This document shows, one piece after another, positions 1 to 9,131 of a stretch of 41,498 nucleotides of DNA (the first letter of the stretch is position 1; every line of letters starts with the position of its first letter). The stretch is taken from the IMG/VR virus record IMGVR_UViG_3300014208_000014, positions 1 to 41,498 of that record; one strand, written 5' to 3'. The DNA comes from a virus. Its lineage: Duplodnaviria; Caudoviricetes. Both the position numbers and the translations under genes were made by a program. A model generated the notes under the pieces. The model saw only the letters and a program-made list of their open reading frames with translations. It was not told the origin of the DNA and did not search any database.

Positions 1-123
1 ATCTGCTGATACAGATTGGCACCTTACGTCGTTAGCGGCGATGTTACCGACGGCTACAGGGGTGATAGAAGTGGAGTTCTGGGGATATTACGTCACCGGA
101 AATAGCAATGTTTATATTGAGGG
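1..123. repeat. Direct terminal repeat, left copy (circular assembly overlap)
   Basis: 1-123 (ATCTGCTGATACAG...TATATTGAGGG) is identical to 41376-41498. Confidence 0.97.
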
Positions 124-145
124 TTTTGTTATCACACAGGCATAA
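2..145 (+). CDS. C-terminal end of the junction-spanning 746-aa virion protein that starts at 39280
   Basis: Frame continues from 39280 across the overlap: ...SADTDWHLTSLAAMLPTATGVIEVEFWGYYVTGNSNVYIEGFVITQA*; TAA at 143-145 abuts the next ATG at 146. Confidence 0.85.
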   Translation, partial: SADTDWHLTSLAAMLPTATGVIEVEFWGYYVTGNSNVYIEGFVITQA

Positions 146-331
146 ATGGCGTTACCGACAGATTTAAAATCAATGGATTACGGGTATCAGGGAGAGCCGT
201 TTGTAGAGACGCCTGCCAATGGTAATATTAATTTGTTCACAATGGATTGGGCTTATCAAGGTCAGCCTTTTGTGAGAAACAACAGCGGCGGGGGGACTCC
301 GAAGAGGTGTCTTTTGGGTTGTGGAATTTAA
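146..331 (+). CDS. Small putative virion protein with an internal duplicated motif
   Basis: ATG abuts previous stop; MDYGYQGEPFV / MDWAYQGQPFV repeat. Confidence 0.7.
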   Translation: MALPTDLKSMDYGYQGEPFVETPANGNINLFTMDWAYQGQPFVRNNSGGGTPKRCLLGCGI

Positions 332-400
332 GAAGAAAAAGTTTGTGTTCTGATTGGCGGTAGTTCATAATATATTGAGACAGATTTTAATTAAATTGAC

Positions 401-886
401 ATGCCAGATTTACAATTTTTAGACGAGGCGAATACTCCGATTGAGGTTTCTATGACTAATCCAATGCCTGTTCAAACAACGGGGTTGGGGAGAATTACGA
501 TAAAGGCAGTGGTTTTTGCCGCTGCTACTACAGGTTCTGTGGCAGTCCATAATCTCTTCACTGTAACTGGATTGGTAAAGTTGAAGATATTCGGAGTGTG
601 TTCCGAGGATTTGGCTTCTGGGGGAGCTTCGACAGTTGAGGTGGGGACGACTCTAAATACCGCTGGATTGATTGCTTTGACGACATCAACGACTATTGAC
701 AGCGGGGATATTTGGAATGCAGCTGCGCCTGCCTCTGATTATGTCTCTTCTACTTTGTCAGAGTTTCTCGTCAACGCCACCACGATTAAATATGAAATTA
801 AGGTAGATACCGTTACAGACGGAACTATCACTTTCTATTGCATCTGGACTCCTTTGGATTCGACTGGCAGCGTCGTAGCTATTTAA
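401..886 (+). CDS. Putative beta-rich virion/decoration protein
   Basis: 161 aa, T/G/A/V-rich, within the late module. Confidence 0.6.
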   Translation: MPDLQFLDEANTPIEVSMTNPMPVQTTGLGRITIKAVVFAAATTGSVAVHNLFTVTGLVKLKIFGVCSEDLASGGASTVEVGTTLNTAGLIALTTSTTIDSGDIWNAAAPASDYVSSTLSEFLVNATTIKYEIKVDTVTDGTITFYCIWTPLDSTGSVVAI

Positions 887-895
887 AAATTTAGA

Positions 896-1126
896 ATGGA
901 TACAGATACTATAAAGGCTATTACGGACGCGGGGTTAGGCTTCGGAGCTCTGATAGCCCTGGTGCTAATTGTTTTCAAGCAATTGGACATCTTAAAGACG
1001 GTAAATGAGAATATTAATGCTAATACGGTCGTCACTAAAGGGCTTATAGAACAGATTAAACAGTTCGCTGATATAGACAGACAGGTGGTTGATACTATAA
1101 AAAATTGTCCAAATGCCAAAGGTTAA
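896..1126 (+). CDS. Single-TM membrane protein (holin-like)
   Basis: N-terminal hydrophobic helix GLGFGALIALVLIVF followed by a helical tail. Confidence 0.5.
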   Translation: MDTDTIKAITDAGLGFGALIALVLIVFKQLDILKTVNENINANTVVTKGLIEQIKQFADIDRQVVDTIKNCPNAKG

Positions 1127-1235
1127 ACCAAAAGTCGCATTAAAAGTAATCAGGGCAGAACATAAACTTCTGAAAAAAGGGATTTCGGAAAAAAGAGTTC
1201 ATCAGATTTTAACCAAGAAAAAACATGCCGTTTAA
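1113..1235 (+). CDS. Small basic protein (40 aa, not in ORF track)
   Basis: MPKVKPKVALKVIRAEHKLLKKGISEKRVHQILTKKKHAV*; overlaps both neighbours as a coupled gene. Confidence 0.55.
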   Translation: MPKVKPKVALKVIRAEHKLLKKGISEKRVHQILTKKKHAV

Positions 1236-1368
1236 ATCTAAAAAGCAGGCGAAGTACATGTTCGCTAATCTACCTAAATTGGCTAAGGAGTTTGCTCAGA
1301 AGACTAAAAGTATAAAAAAGTTACCGGTGCAGGTAAAGTCCCGGAAACTCGTGTCTAAGAAAAAGTAA
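1225..1368 (+). CDS. Small basic phage protein of the MPFKS..Q type (47 aa, not in ORF track)
   Basis: MPFKSKKQAKYMFANLPKLAKEFAQKTKSIKKLPVQVKSRKLVSKKK*. Confidence 0.65.
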   Translation: MPFKSKKQAKYMFANLPKLAKEFAQKTKSIKKLPVQVKSRKLVSKKK

Positions 1369-1386
1369 TTTTTAATTTTAAAAATA

Positions 1387-1605
1387 ATGGATTCTATCTT
1401 TTCAAGGAAGGTGTTCGATGATTTGGTGAAGACTTACGGGCAGATGTTCGATATCAAGATTGATAAAATCGGCAAAATTGAGATGACTCCGATGGGGACG
1501 GACTCTGATGAGCCGGAAGAGGAAATCCGAATTATGACGACTCCTCAGAATATCGCTCCAATGCAGTCTGAAGTAGCGCCTGCTTTAAAGAAATTAATGA
1601 AATAA
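1387..1605 (+). CDS. Hypothetical protein
   Basis: 72-aa ORF with AU-rich leader, fills the gap before the adaptor gene. Confidence 0.65.
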   Translation: MDSIFSRKVFDDLVKTYGQMFDIKIDKIGKIEMTPMGTDSDEPEEEIRIMTTPQNIAPMQSEVAPALKKLMK

Positions 1606-1608
1606 TCA

Positions 1609-2487
1609 ATGACGGTTCAATTTTCAACTGACATAACTTATGAGGCGATCCAGCAGTATGTCCTGAGAGAGCTGAAAGAGCCGACTACGGGGTCAGAGGC
1701 AATTCCTCTGGACTGGGTGAAAGATGCAATAAATGATGTTTATTCATCTGCTTTCAACGACCAGAGAATGAAACAGTCTGCTAGAGAAAACGACGTGTCA
1801 TTTACTTTGGCTAATGACACGACTTTGGTGTCGGATACTGCTAGTGGCGCAGTCACTCTGGTTCTCGCCGATACGACCACTTTCCTGGCCGCAGGGAAGG
1901 TTCTGATGGCGAGTGACATAATCAGTTACACAGGAAACGTCATAGCGACTGGAACTTTGACTGGGGTAACGGGTCTTTCTACTAACCAGGTAGCGGGGAC
2001 GGTAGTCAGACAGATGTATCCTTTGGCTACGATTGCGGCGACGATTCAGGAGGAACAGATTCAGTATTTGGATATAAATGGCTTGCCGCAGCAATATCTG
2101 ACCTATGACAATCTGATTACTCAGATTAATTTCACTCCTAATACTTACACGGTTTATAAAGGTCATCTTTTGTTTTCAAAACAGGCAACTTTGGCTTCTA
2201 GTACACCAGCTAAGGTTTTGATGGTTTATACGGAAAAGGTGGTTCCTCTTTCCTCTGGGACTGATAAACCGACCCTGATTCCAAACAGCTGGAGGATTCC
2301 TCTTTTGGCTTATGGTACCTGTATGAAGTTGGCGGCAGCGGATTCTTTTAGAACAAGTTGGGATTTTTGGAAATCTGAATATGACAAGGCGTTAAGCCAA
2401 TACATTGCCTTCAAGAACAATCGCGTAAAAGATGTTCAGAATAGGAGAAGGCCATCGGTCTGGAACTCATATTCTATGTACAAATAA
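1609..2487 (+). CDS. Putative head-tail adaptor / tail tubular protein A-like
   Basis: Position before the nozzle gene; helical N-terminus (WVKDAIND) and C-terminal P.LIP..W...LAYG pattern typical of podovirus adaptors. Confidence 0.6.
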   Translation: MTVQFSTDITYEAIQQYVLRELKEPTTGSEAIPLDWVKDAINDVYSSAFNDQRMKQSARENDVSFTLANDTTLVSDTASGAVTLVLADTTTFLAAGKVLMASDIISYTGNVIATGTLTGVTGLSTNQVAGTVVRQMYPLATIAATIQEEQIQYLDINGLPQQYLTYDNLITQINFTPNTYTVYKGHLLFSKQATLASSTPAKVLMVYTEKVVPLSSGTDKPTLIPNSWRIPLLAYGTCMKLAAADSFRTSWDFWKSEYDKALSQYIAFKNNRVKDVQNRRRPSVWNSYSMYK

Positions 2488-4329
2488 ATGCAGCGTGATT
2501 TACGGTTACTAAAAAATTGGAAATTATGGACGGGAACAGAAAATTATGAAGAGGATAATTCTATTCCTGAAGATAAAGTTTACGCGTCGAAAAACGCTAG
2601 ATTTACCAATAAAGTAATCACATCTAAACCAGGCTATCAGGGTGTGGGCTATTCTCTCGCTGGTGGAACTAAAATGCAGGGGATATGGGAGTACCCTTAT
2701 GACAATGGGACAGACACGGAGAGACTCCTGATTGGTTGTTATAATCACACTCTCTACGAATTTAATTTTACAACTTTATTTTGGGATGGAATAGCGGGAA
2801 CCTGGCCTAATCTTGAGGATAAACCTATGGATGCTACTGTTTATGGGAATACCCTTTATTTGGTAGGACGAACTGGAAAAACTGGAAATGGGATTGGGAA
2901 GATAAGTCGTGGTCATAATTTTACTTTCACGGTTGCGGGCGTAGTGACGACTCCTGATGTGAATGCGGTTTACCAGATTTCTGGAGCTCAGTATGTGGTT
3001 ATCTCCACGAACATAGTCGCTGGAGCAGGAACGATTGTGATGAAGCGTTCGCTGTTACTAGCAGACCCTGCCGCCGCTGGAACTCTGGACAAATTTGATA
3101 CTTTGTACGCGGGGGATTTAATCTTGACTTATTCTTCTTGGGTGAAAACCGCGAATCCGGTGACTAATTTCACTGTAATTCCCAACTCGCCGGAGGGGAC
3201 GGCAATTGACTCTTTCTGTGAGAGGTTAGTCACAATCGGAGACCCTTCTTTCCCTGGACAGTTACTTTACTCAGAGCCAGCAGCAGATATAAATACAATT
3301 TTCTTGGTAGAGAATTGGGACACGACAGCAGGCGCTTCCACCTTCTTAGTCGCAAAAAACACGATTTTAGTGGCTATAGAAACTATCAATACGAGTCTTT
3401 ACATTTGGAATAGTTCTTCGGTGTTCGAACATACTAATACCAACTTGGCTTCCGGGTTTAATCCTGTAGAATTAAGCAGGACGACGGGGACAATTAACGC
3501 AAAATCAGTAGCGATAGTAGAAAACGACGCGTGGTTTTTTAATAATCAGAATCAGGTCAGGTCATTAGGAAATGAGAAAAATCTGGGAGAGGAGCCTAGG
3601 ACAAAATCTATTTCTGAAATTATCCAGAGGACGATGGGTTTACTTGACCCTGTTCAGGATAATCCGGCTATGAGCTATTATGATAGAGTTTTAAAAATTG
3701 CTTTAAAAACGAAGGGAAGTCCTACTAATAATATTATTTTGGTTTTTGATTATAATACCGGTGGTTTTGGAGTTGATTTCGGCCAAGCGGTGAACTGTTA
3801 TGTTGTTTATAATGGGAACAGATATTATGGAGAGGATGCCACTTCTAACGTATTTCAAGATGATGTCGGATACACAGCGAATGGGGCAGGTTTTCCTTTC
3901 CAAGTTGATTTCCCGTTTGAAGATTCTGGCAGGCCAGACACTTTTAAGCAGGTCAGATATATTTATGTAAGGGGAAAACAGAGTTATTATCAGCCCCTCA
4001 CTGTCCGTCTTTATCGGGGAAATTATCAAACTTATTCGGATTATATAATTCCATCTCCGTACACCCGTGGGATAAGTTTAACGGCTGGAGAAAGCGACGC
4101 GAGTTGGGGAAGTACGAGTGCAGGTTCAGCTCCTTGGGGTGGAAGCGGAACGGGTTCAGGAGAGGATCTTCTTGTTTATAGATTCGAACAATTAATATCG
4201 GTTTCCAGAATTGCAAATATGTTTTCAATTGGTTTACTTGCCGATATTAATGGTGGTAAAATTCAAGTAGACCAGGTTCTTTTGAAGGTGATAGACGAAA
4301 ACGAAAATTATAAGCCATCAGATAGATAA
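2488..4329 (+). CDS. Putative tail nozzle / packaged-DNA stabilization protein (P22 gp10-like position)
   Basis: 613 aa beta-rich protein directly after the adaptor; synteny with podoviruses. Confidence 0.6.
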   Translation: MQRDLRLLKNWKLWTGTENYEEDNSIPEDKVYASKNARFTNKVITSKPGYQGVGYSLAGGTKMQGIWEYPYDNGTDTERLLIGCYNHTLYEFNFTTLFWDGIAGTWPNLEDKPMDATVYGNTLYLVGRTGKTGNGIGKISRGHNFTFTVAGVVTTPDVNAVYQISGAQYVVISTNIVAGAGTIVMKRSLLLADPAAAGTLDKFDTLYAGDLILTYSSWVKTANPVTNFTVIPNSPEGTAIDSFCERLVTIGDPSFPGQLLYSEPAADINTIFLVENWDTTAGASTFLVAKNTILVAIETINTSLYIWNSSSVFEHTNTNLASGFNPVELSRTTGTINAKSVAIVENDAWFFNNQNQVRSLGNEKNLGEEPRTKSISEIIQRTMGLLDPVQDNPAMSYYDRVLKIALKTKGSPTNNIILVFDYNTGGFGVDFGQAVNCYVVYNGNRYYGEDATSNVFQDDVGYTANGAGFPFQVDFPFEDSGRPDTFKQVRYIYVRGKQSYYQPLTVRLYRGNYQTYSDYIIPSPYTRGISLTAGESDASWGSTSAGSAPWGGSGTGSGEDLLVYRFEQLISVSRIANMFSIGLLADINGGKIQVDQVLLKVIDENENYKPSDR

Positions 4330-4332
4330 ATT

Positions 4333-6051
4333 ATGCAATATCCACAAACACGTTATGTAGATACGATTAGCCCTGGTATTTCAGATATAGCCCTAAGTTT
4401 GGTTGTAGGAACGACTCCGCCTACCAGGACACAGGGAATCTTGACTATTGGAAGAAGTCAAAGCAATACAGAAGATGTATATTATACTAATGTTGCAGGA
4501 AACACTGTCACGATTTCACTTCGTGGTCTTTCCCAGACGGCGCTCACCCTGACTACCGTCGCAGGTAATCGGAAGGTGCACAATGCTAATGAGAGCCTGG
4601 AGATGACTACTCATCATGGTTATGACCTGGATAAGGCTCGGCTGTCTGAAGACAATACTTATACCGGCAAGAATTACTTTTCTATTGGTATCCACGATGC
4701 TAATGGGAACAAGTCCCTTTCCACTCCTGCCACAGCCGCAGCAGTAAACAATTTAGAGATAAAAAATTCTATTGCAGGTAGCCCCGTGGTTTTGGTTCCG
4801 GAGGGAACAGATGTAGACATTTCTTGTGAAATACAGGGAAAAGGAACTGGGGTAGTAATCATTCCTGATAAGTCAACCACAAAGACAAGTGGGGCTCCTA
4901 CTGCTGACGCTCAGATAGCAAATAAAAAATATGTTGATGATAGATTCGCAAACGTCGTCAATGCTAGCGAGACTGTGAATGGGACAATCCAGTTATCTAC
5001 AGTTGCTCAACAGGCGACAGCAACTTCAGCGGGAACAACGGGTGCAAGACTCGTTCCTGCAAATAGCAATTTAATTACTACTCCCGTAACCTATGCTCCG
5101 GCCTATCTTACCGGTGACACGGGGGCTCAGGGAGGTTTCGGTTTTTGGGGAGCCGTAGCAGACGGGTCATTTAGGTTAACTCTTGAGGGAGTTGCTAGAA
5201 ACATAGATGGAATTTCTTTTCTTGGCGTTACTTCTATGGCAGATGTAGCGGCAAAAATTCAGTTGGCAATAAGGGCCGTGACTGCGGGGTTAGAGACCTG
5301 TAGCTGGAGCACGGATCATTTTATAATTAGGTCTGGCAACACTACTTCCAGTTCTTCTATTACTGTACTTTCTACTTCTACTGGTACCGTAGGAACAGAT
5401 ATTTCTGGGGCTGGTGCTTCCGACTGGATGGACGCTGATGTTGGAAATGGGGTCGTTACAATCACCGCTTTGAGTCCTGCTGCCGACGTCGGGAAGATTC
5501 CGTTAATTGATTCGTTGGGGAGAATAGACAATTATACAACGCTGACAGGTGAAATCCGTATGTTTGGAGGAGCGACAGCGCCTACAAATTGGTTGTTTTG
5601 TGATGGTACCTCTTATTTAAGGTCAGATTATCCGCTTTTGTTCCTTGTTTTGGGGACGACCTATGGTTCAGCTGATGGTACGCATTTTAATGTACCTGAT
5701 ATGCGGGGAAGAGTCCCGATTGGTGCGGGAACTGGTGCGGGAGGGGGGGCGTCGGGTTCGGGCTTACCCACTGGTGGTACTGCGCTTACTGCTGTGGCAA
5801 GAGGAGGTTGGAGGGGGGCTCAGGATGTGGATGTTACGACCCTTTATGCAAAGATTGGAGCAGTAACCAATGATACCAATAAGATAGGTGCTATAGCGCA
5901 TGCTGCGACTTTGGCAGGGGTAACGGGCGTAAATTCAGGGGTAGGTAATTTCGGAGCGCAGGCGGGGATGAATATGAATACTACGGCAATCGCAGGTACT
6001 ACCAGTAATTTTCAGCCCGTGATGTGTGTAAACTTTATAATTAAGGCTTAA
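4333..6051 (+). CDS. Tail fibre protein with C-terminal phage tail collar domain
   Basis: GEIRMFGGATAPTNWLFCDG...YPLLF..LGTTYG..DG.HFNVPDMRGRVPIGAG collar motif; KKYVDD and ASETVNGTIQLST fibre motifs. Confidence 0.85.
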   Translation: MQYPQTRYVDTISPGISDIALSLVVGTTPPTRTQGILTIGRSQSNTEDVYYTNVAGNTVTISLRGLSQTALTLTTVAGNRKVHNANESLEMTTHHGYDLDKARLSEDNTYTGKNYFSIGIHDANGNKSLSTPATAAAVNNLEIKNSIAGSPVVLVPEGTDVDISCEIQGKGTGVVIIPDKSTTKTSGAPTADAQIANKKYVDDRFANVVNASETVNGTIQLSTVAQQATATSAGTTGARLVPANSNLITTPVTYAPAYLTGDTGAQGGFGFWGAVADGSFRLTLEGVARNIDGISFLGVTSMADVAAKIQLAIRAVTAGLETCSWSTDHFIIRSGNTTSSSSITVLSTSTGTVGTDISGAGASDWMDADVGNGVVTITALSPAADVGKIPLIDSLGRIDNYTTLTGEIRMFGGATAPTNWLFCDGTSYLRSDYPLLFLVLGTTYGSADGTHFNVPDMRGRVPIGAGTGAGGGASGSGLPTGGTALTAVARGGWRGAQDVDVTTLYAKIGAVTNDTNKIGAIAHAATLAGVTGVNSGVGNFGAQAGMNMNTTAIAGTTSNFQPVMCVNFIIKA

Positions 6052-6052
6052 A

Positions 6053-9000
6053 ATGGCATTAAGTTTTTTGAAACAGGCTACATCTGGGGGGACTTCGATT
6101 CCGAAGGTGACTACGACTTCCACTAAATTGACTAGTGCTACGCCTTCTGTTCCCCGGACTAGTTCCGCTAATTCTTCTATGACGGGAGTGAAGGATACGT
6201 CGGCCAATAAATCAACGGCAACGAGTTTAAAAAATACGGTTTCTGGGACTTCCAGTACACCAAAATCGAATGTAGATAAATGGGGAGGAACGGTTGCGAA
6301 GACGGGTGCTGAAAAGCCTGCTTCGAAACCTCCCACTCCTTCTTCAAGTACAGCAAGCAAGTCTGCATTTACTGATTCTTCTGGGGCTGAGATGACTAGG
6401 CAGAAAATGACCGACCTTGGACTTGACCCCACTACTGGAAAAGTAAAGGCCAGTGTGGTAGCAAAAGTGGATAAGAAGGAGGGGACTACTGTAGAAGAGG
6501 ATAACGCTGATAGTATTGTAAACGATGCGGATACTATCATGGCTGATGCTGCGGATAAGGATAGTGAGCTCCAGGATTTGGGGGATGCGGAAATAGACGC
6601 TGAAGGAGATTTAAAAGAAAGTCTGGAGGAAATTGCGTCGGCGAAGAATGAACAGCAGCAGAAGTATTTAGATGAGCTTAAAGCCGCCTCTGACCGTGCA
6701 CTTGACCAGAAGAACCTGGCCATCACTCAAGGGGCTGAAACGCAAAAGAGAGACGCGGAGATAGCCTTTGAATATGCACAGACTCAGGAGGAGCTCCAAA
6801 GAAAGAGAACTGAGAAATCTTTTAATGACCAGCTCTATGAGCAGAAGGCCACTGCGCTTAAAGCGAAACTGAGTGAAGAGTCTAGAGTTGCGGCTCTTGG
6901 TGGATTCGGAAACTCGATTCGGCATAAAGAGATGGTGGCAACGCAGATAGAAAATGACCGGCTTATTAACGATTTGGTTTTTGATAAGAATGAGGCAGAT
7001 GCCCAGGTTACAGCCGATATAGTCAAGATTTCCGATACCTATAAAAATGATTTACAGGAAATTGAGATTGCCAAACAATCGGCAATTTTGAATAATTACA
7101 ATGATTATTTGGCTGCTGTAGAGGCAATACAGAATGACCGGGAAATAAGTGAGAATGCGAAAGCGGAGGCTTTAGCTGCCGCTGCAACTAACTACAAGAC
7201 TAATGTGGCCCAGATTACTTCTGATTCTTTTGATAAAAGATATGAGGTTAGCACGGCATTGGCCGCTACTGCTAGAGAAGTTTCTGCTACCCAGGAGGCC
7301 AGGGCCAAGACTTTACTTTCTGAAACTATTACGAGTTTTATTTCTGATGATGTCGAGCTGACACCTGCCGAGTTGAAGTCGGTTAATGAATTGGCTTATA
7401 AGGCCGGATATCCGATTGGTATAAGCTTAAAGAGGATTCAGGAGATTAAAGACCAGGCTAAGGCGGAAAAACTGCAAATTAATACTGAAACTAACGATAA
7501 TGGCGACTTAACTGTTTATTCAATTGATACTACAACTGGAAAAATAGTTAGCCAAGAAACTCTGAAGGGAATTGGAAAATTAAGTACGACTACCAGTAAC
7601 TCGTGGAAGGTAATTTCTGATGGCTATGGGGGGTTTTTACAATACAATGATACTACTGGCGAATGGACTAAAATTAGAGGAGGCGCGGGGGGGCCTGGAA
7701 CGGGTGATTATGACCCTAATGCCGTATCTCCTGATGCAGAGGGGATTGTATCAGCTGCTAAAGATTATATAAATAACGGTGACTGGAAACAAGACTTTAA
7801 GACGGTGGATGTCCTGGAAGGTGGAACGCTGGGGTGTGCGTGGGTGGTCTCCGGGGCACTAGAAGCAGCAGGAATTTTAGATAAAAATATTGCTAACATT
7901 TCTAGTACAGTTGCAGCTCTGGAGTCAAAGGGATGGACTAAGACAAGCGCTGATTCTAAACCCAAACAAGGGGACATAGTAGTGTGGGCTGCCACGGCGC
8001 AGACTGATGGCCATAAACATATTGGGATTGTGACGGGAGACAATAAAGCCATGAACAACCAAGGTGTTTCCGGGCCTGCGATTACCTCTATTTCTGGTAG
8101 ACCGGTGGAAGGATATTGGACTCCGCCTTCAGATTTAGGGGCAAGTCAAGGGAACATGGCCAATATTTCATCTTCAGGAGATATAGAGGTCTCCGGTTCT
8201 TCTGAAGGAGTCCCAACTTCGGGAAGCGAGGGGTATTCTAATTATGCTCCTAAGGATTATGGTTCAATTTATTCTAGCTGTATGGCCTCTAAACAAGGTT
8301 CCATGTCAGGTTCTCAGGCTGAATCCATTTGTACTAAAGAAGTTCAGACTGCCATTGATGCAGACAAGGAATCATTAAAGGAAGCTAAGGCTTTGCCTCA
8401 AGGTTTACCAGATGAAACGCATAACCCAGATGGCTGGAGTAAAGAGCAGGCGCTGAAAGCTGTAGCAGCTAATCCGGCTTTAGCAACTACTGCTGCTTAT
8501 GCAGCAAGGATGGAACGAGCAGAAAGGGGATTAACAAAATTTGAGGAGGAGGGGGTAGACATAGGGAAATTTAACAATGCGGTGGCGAATGTTTTACCTG
8601 ATGCTTCTCAGATGGGGAATTTATGGCAGACATTTGTTCTGGGGAAACTGAAAACGGCTCAAGAGAGAGAATACTTTGCGAGGAGATTGGATTTTATCTC
8701 TGCTTTACTTCGTAGAGAATCTGGCGCGGCAATCACAGCTTCAGAGTATACGCAGGAAGCTTACAAATATTTCCCAGGAGAACTGGGGACAACAGCAGCT
8801 AGTCAGAATGCGGCTAGAATTGAGGCAAGGAACAGAAAGAGGGATAGGGCTTATGCCACTACTTTGACTTGGCAGCAAGCAGGGCCAGCAGCAGGAAATT
8901 GGTCAACTTACATAAACAGTATTCCAGAAGTGGAGTTTGTCCCTTATGCTCCTTCAGAAGCTGAGGGGGTAGGCGGAGGGATAAATTCGGTTGTTAATAC

Positions 9001-9121
9001 CGTAACAAACGCGGTAAATACAGGGGTAAATAATTTTAAACAAAACACTAATGGGTCTAAGACGGAAACTTATCCTAGTAATATTGACAGCTCTGATGTA
9101 TCAGACATAGAAAACGCTTAA
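6053..9121 (+). CDS. Putative internal virion/ejection protein with a CHAP/NlpC-P60-like peptidoglycan hydrolase domain
   Basis: 1022 aa; S/T-rich N-terminus, long coiled coil, then GCAWVVS...PKQGDIVVW...HKHIGIV papain-like Cys/His motifs. Confidence 0.65.
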   Translation: MALSFLKQATSGGTSIPKVTTTSTKLTSATPSVPRTSSANSSMTGVKDTSANKSTATSLKNTVSGTSSTPKSNVDKWGGTVAKTGAEKPASKPPTPSSSTASKSAFTDSSGAEMTRQKMTDLGLDPTTGKVKASVVAKVDKKEGTTVEEDNADSIVNDADTIMADAADKDSELQDLGDAEIDAEGDLKESLEEIASAKNEQQQKYLDELKAASDRALDQKNLAITQGAETQKRDAEIAFEYAQTQEELQRKRTEKSFNDQLYEQKATALKAKLSEESRVAALGGFGNSIRHKEMVATQIENDRLINDLVFDKNEADAQVTADIVKISDTYKNDLQEIEIAKQSAILNNYNDYLAAVEAIQNDREISENAKAEALAAAATNYKTNVAQITSDSFDKRYEVSTALAATAREVSATQEARAKTLLSETITSFISDDVELTPAELKSVNELAYKAGYPIGISLKRIQEIKDQAKAEKLQINTETNDNGDLTVYSIDTTTGKIVSQETLKGIGKLSTTTSNSWKVISDGYGGFLQYNDTTGEWTKIRGGAGGPGTGDYDPNAVSPDAEGIVSAAKDYINNGDWKQDFKTVDVLEGGTLGCAWVVSGALEAAGILDKNIANISSTVAALESKGWTKTSADSKPKQGDIVVWAATAQTDGHKHIGIVTGDNKAMNNQGVSGPAITSISGRPVEGYWTPPSDLGASQGNMANISSSGDIEVSGSSEGVPTSGSEGYSNYAPKDYGSIYSSCMASKQGSMSGSQAESICTKEVQTAIDADKESLKEAKALPQGLPDETHNPDGWSKEQALKAVAANPALATTAAYAARMERAERGLTKFEEEGVDIGKFNNAVANVLPDASQMGNLWQTFVLGKLKTAQEREYFARRLDFISALLRRESGAAITASEYTQEAYKYFPGELGTTAASQNAARIEARNRKRDRAYATTLTWQQAGPAAGNWSTYINSIPEVEFVPYAPSEAEGVGGGINSVVNTVTNAVNTGVNNFKQNTNGSKTETYPSNIDSSDVSDIENA

Positions 9122-9131
9122 TTTAAAAAAC

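Noticed and set aside
1-123. Biological terminal repeat (T7-like DTR)
   Set aside because: It lies in mid-CDS with the frame continuing across it; more simply an assembler overlap of a circular contig.
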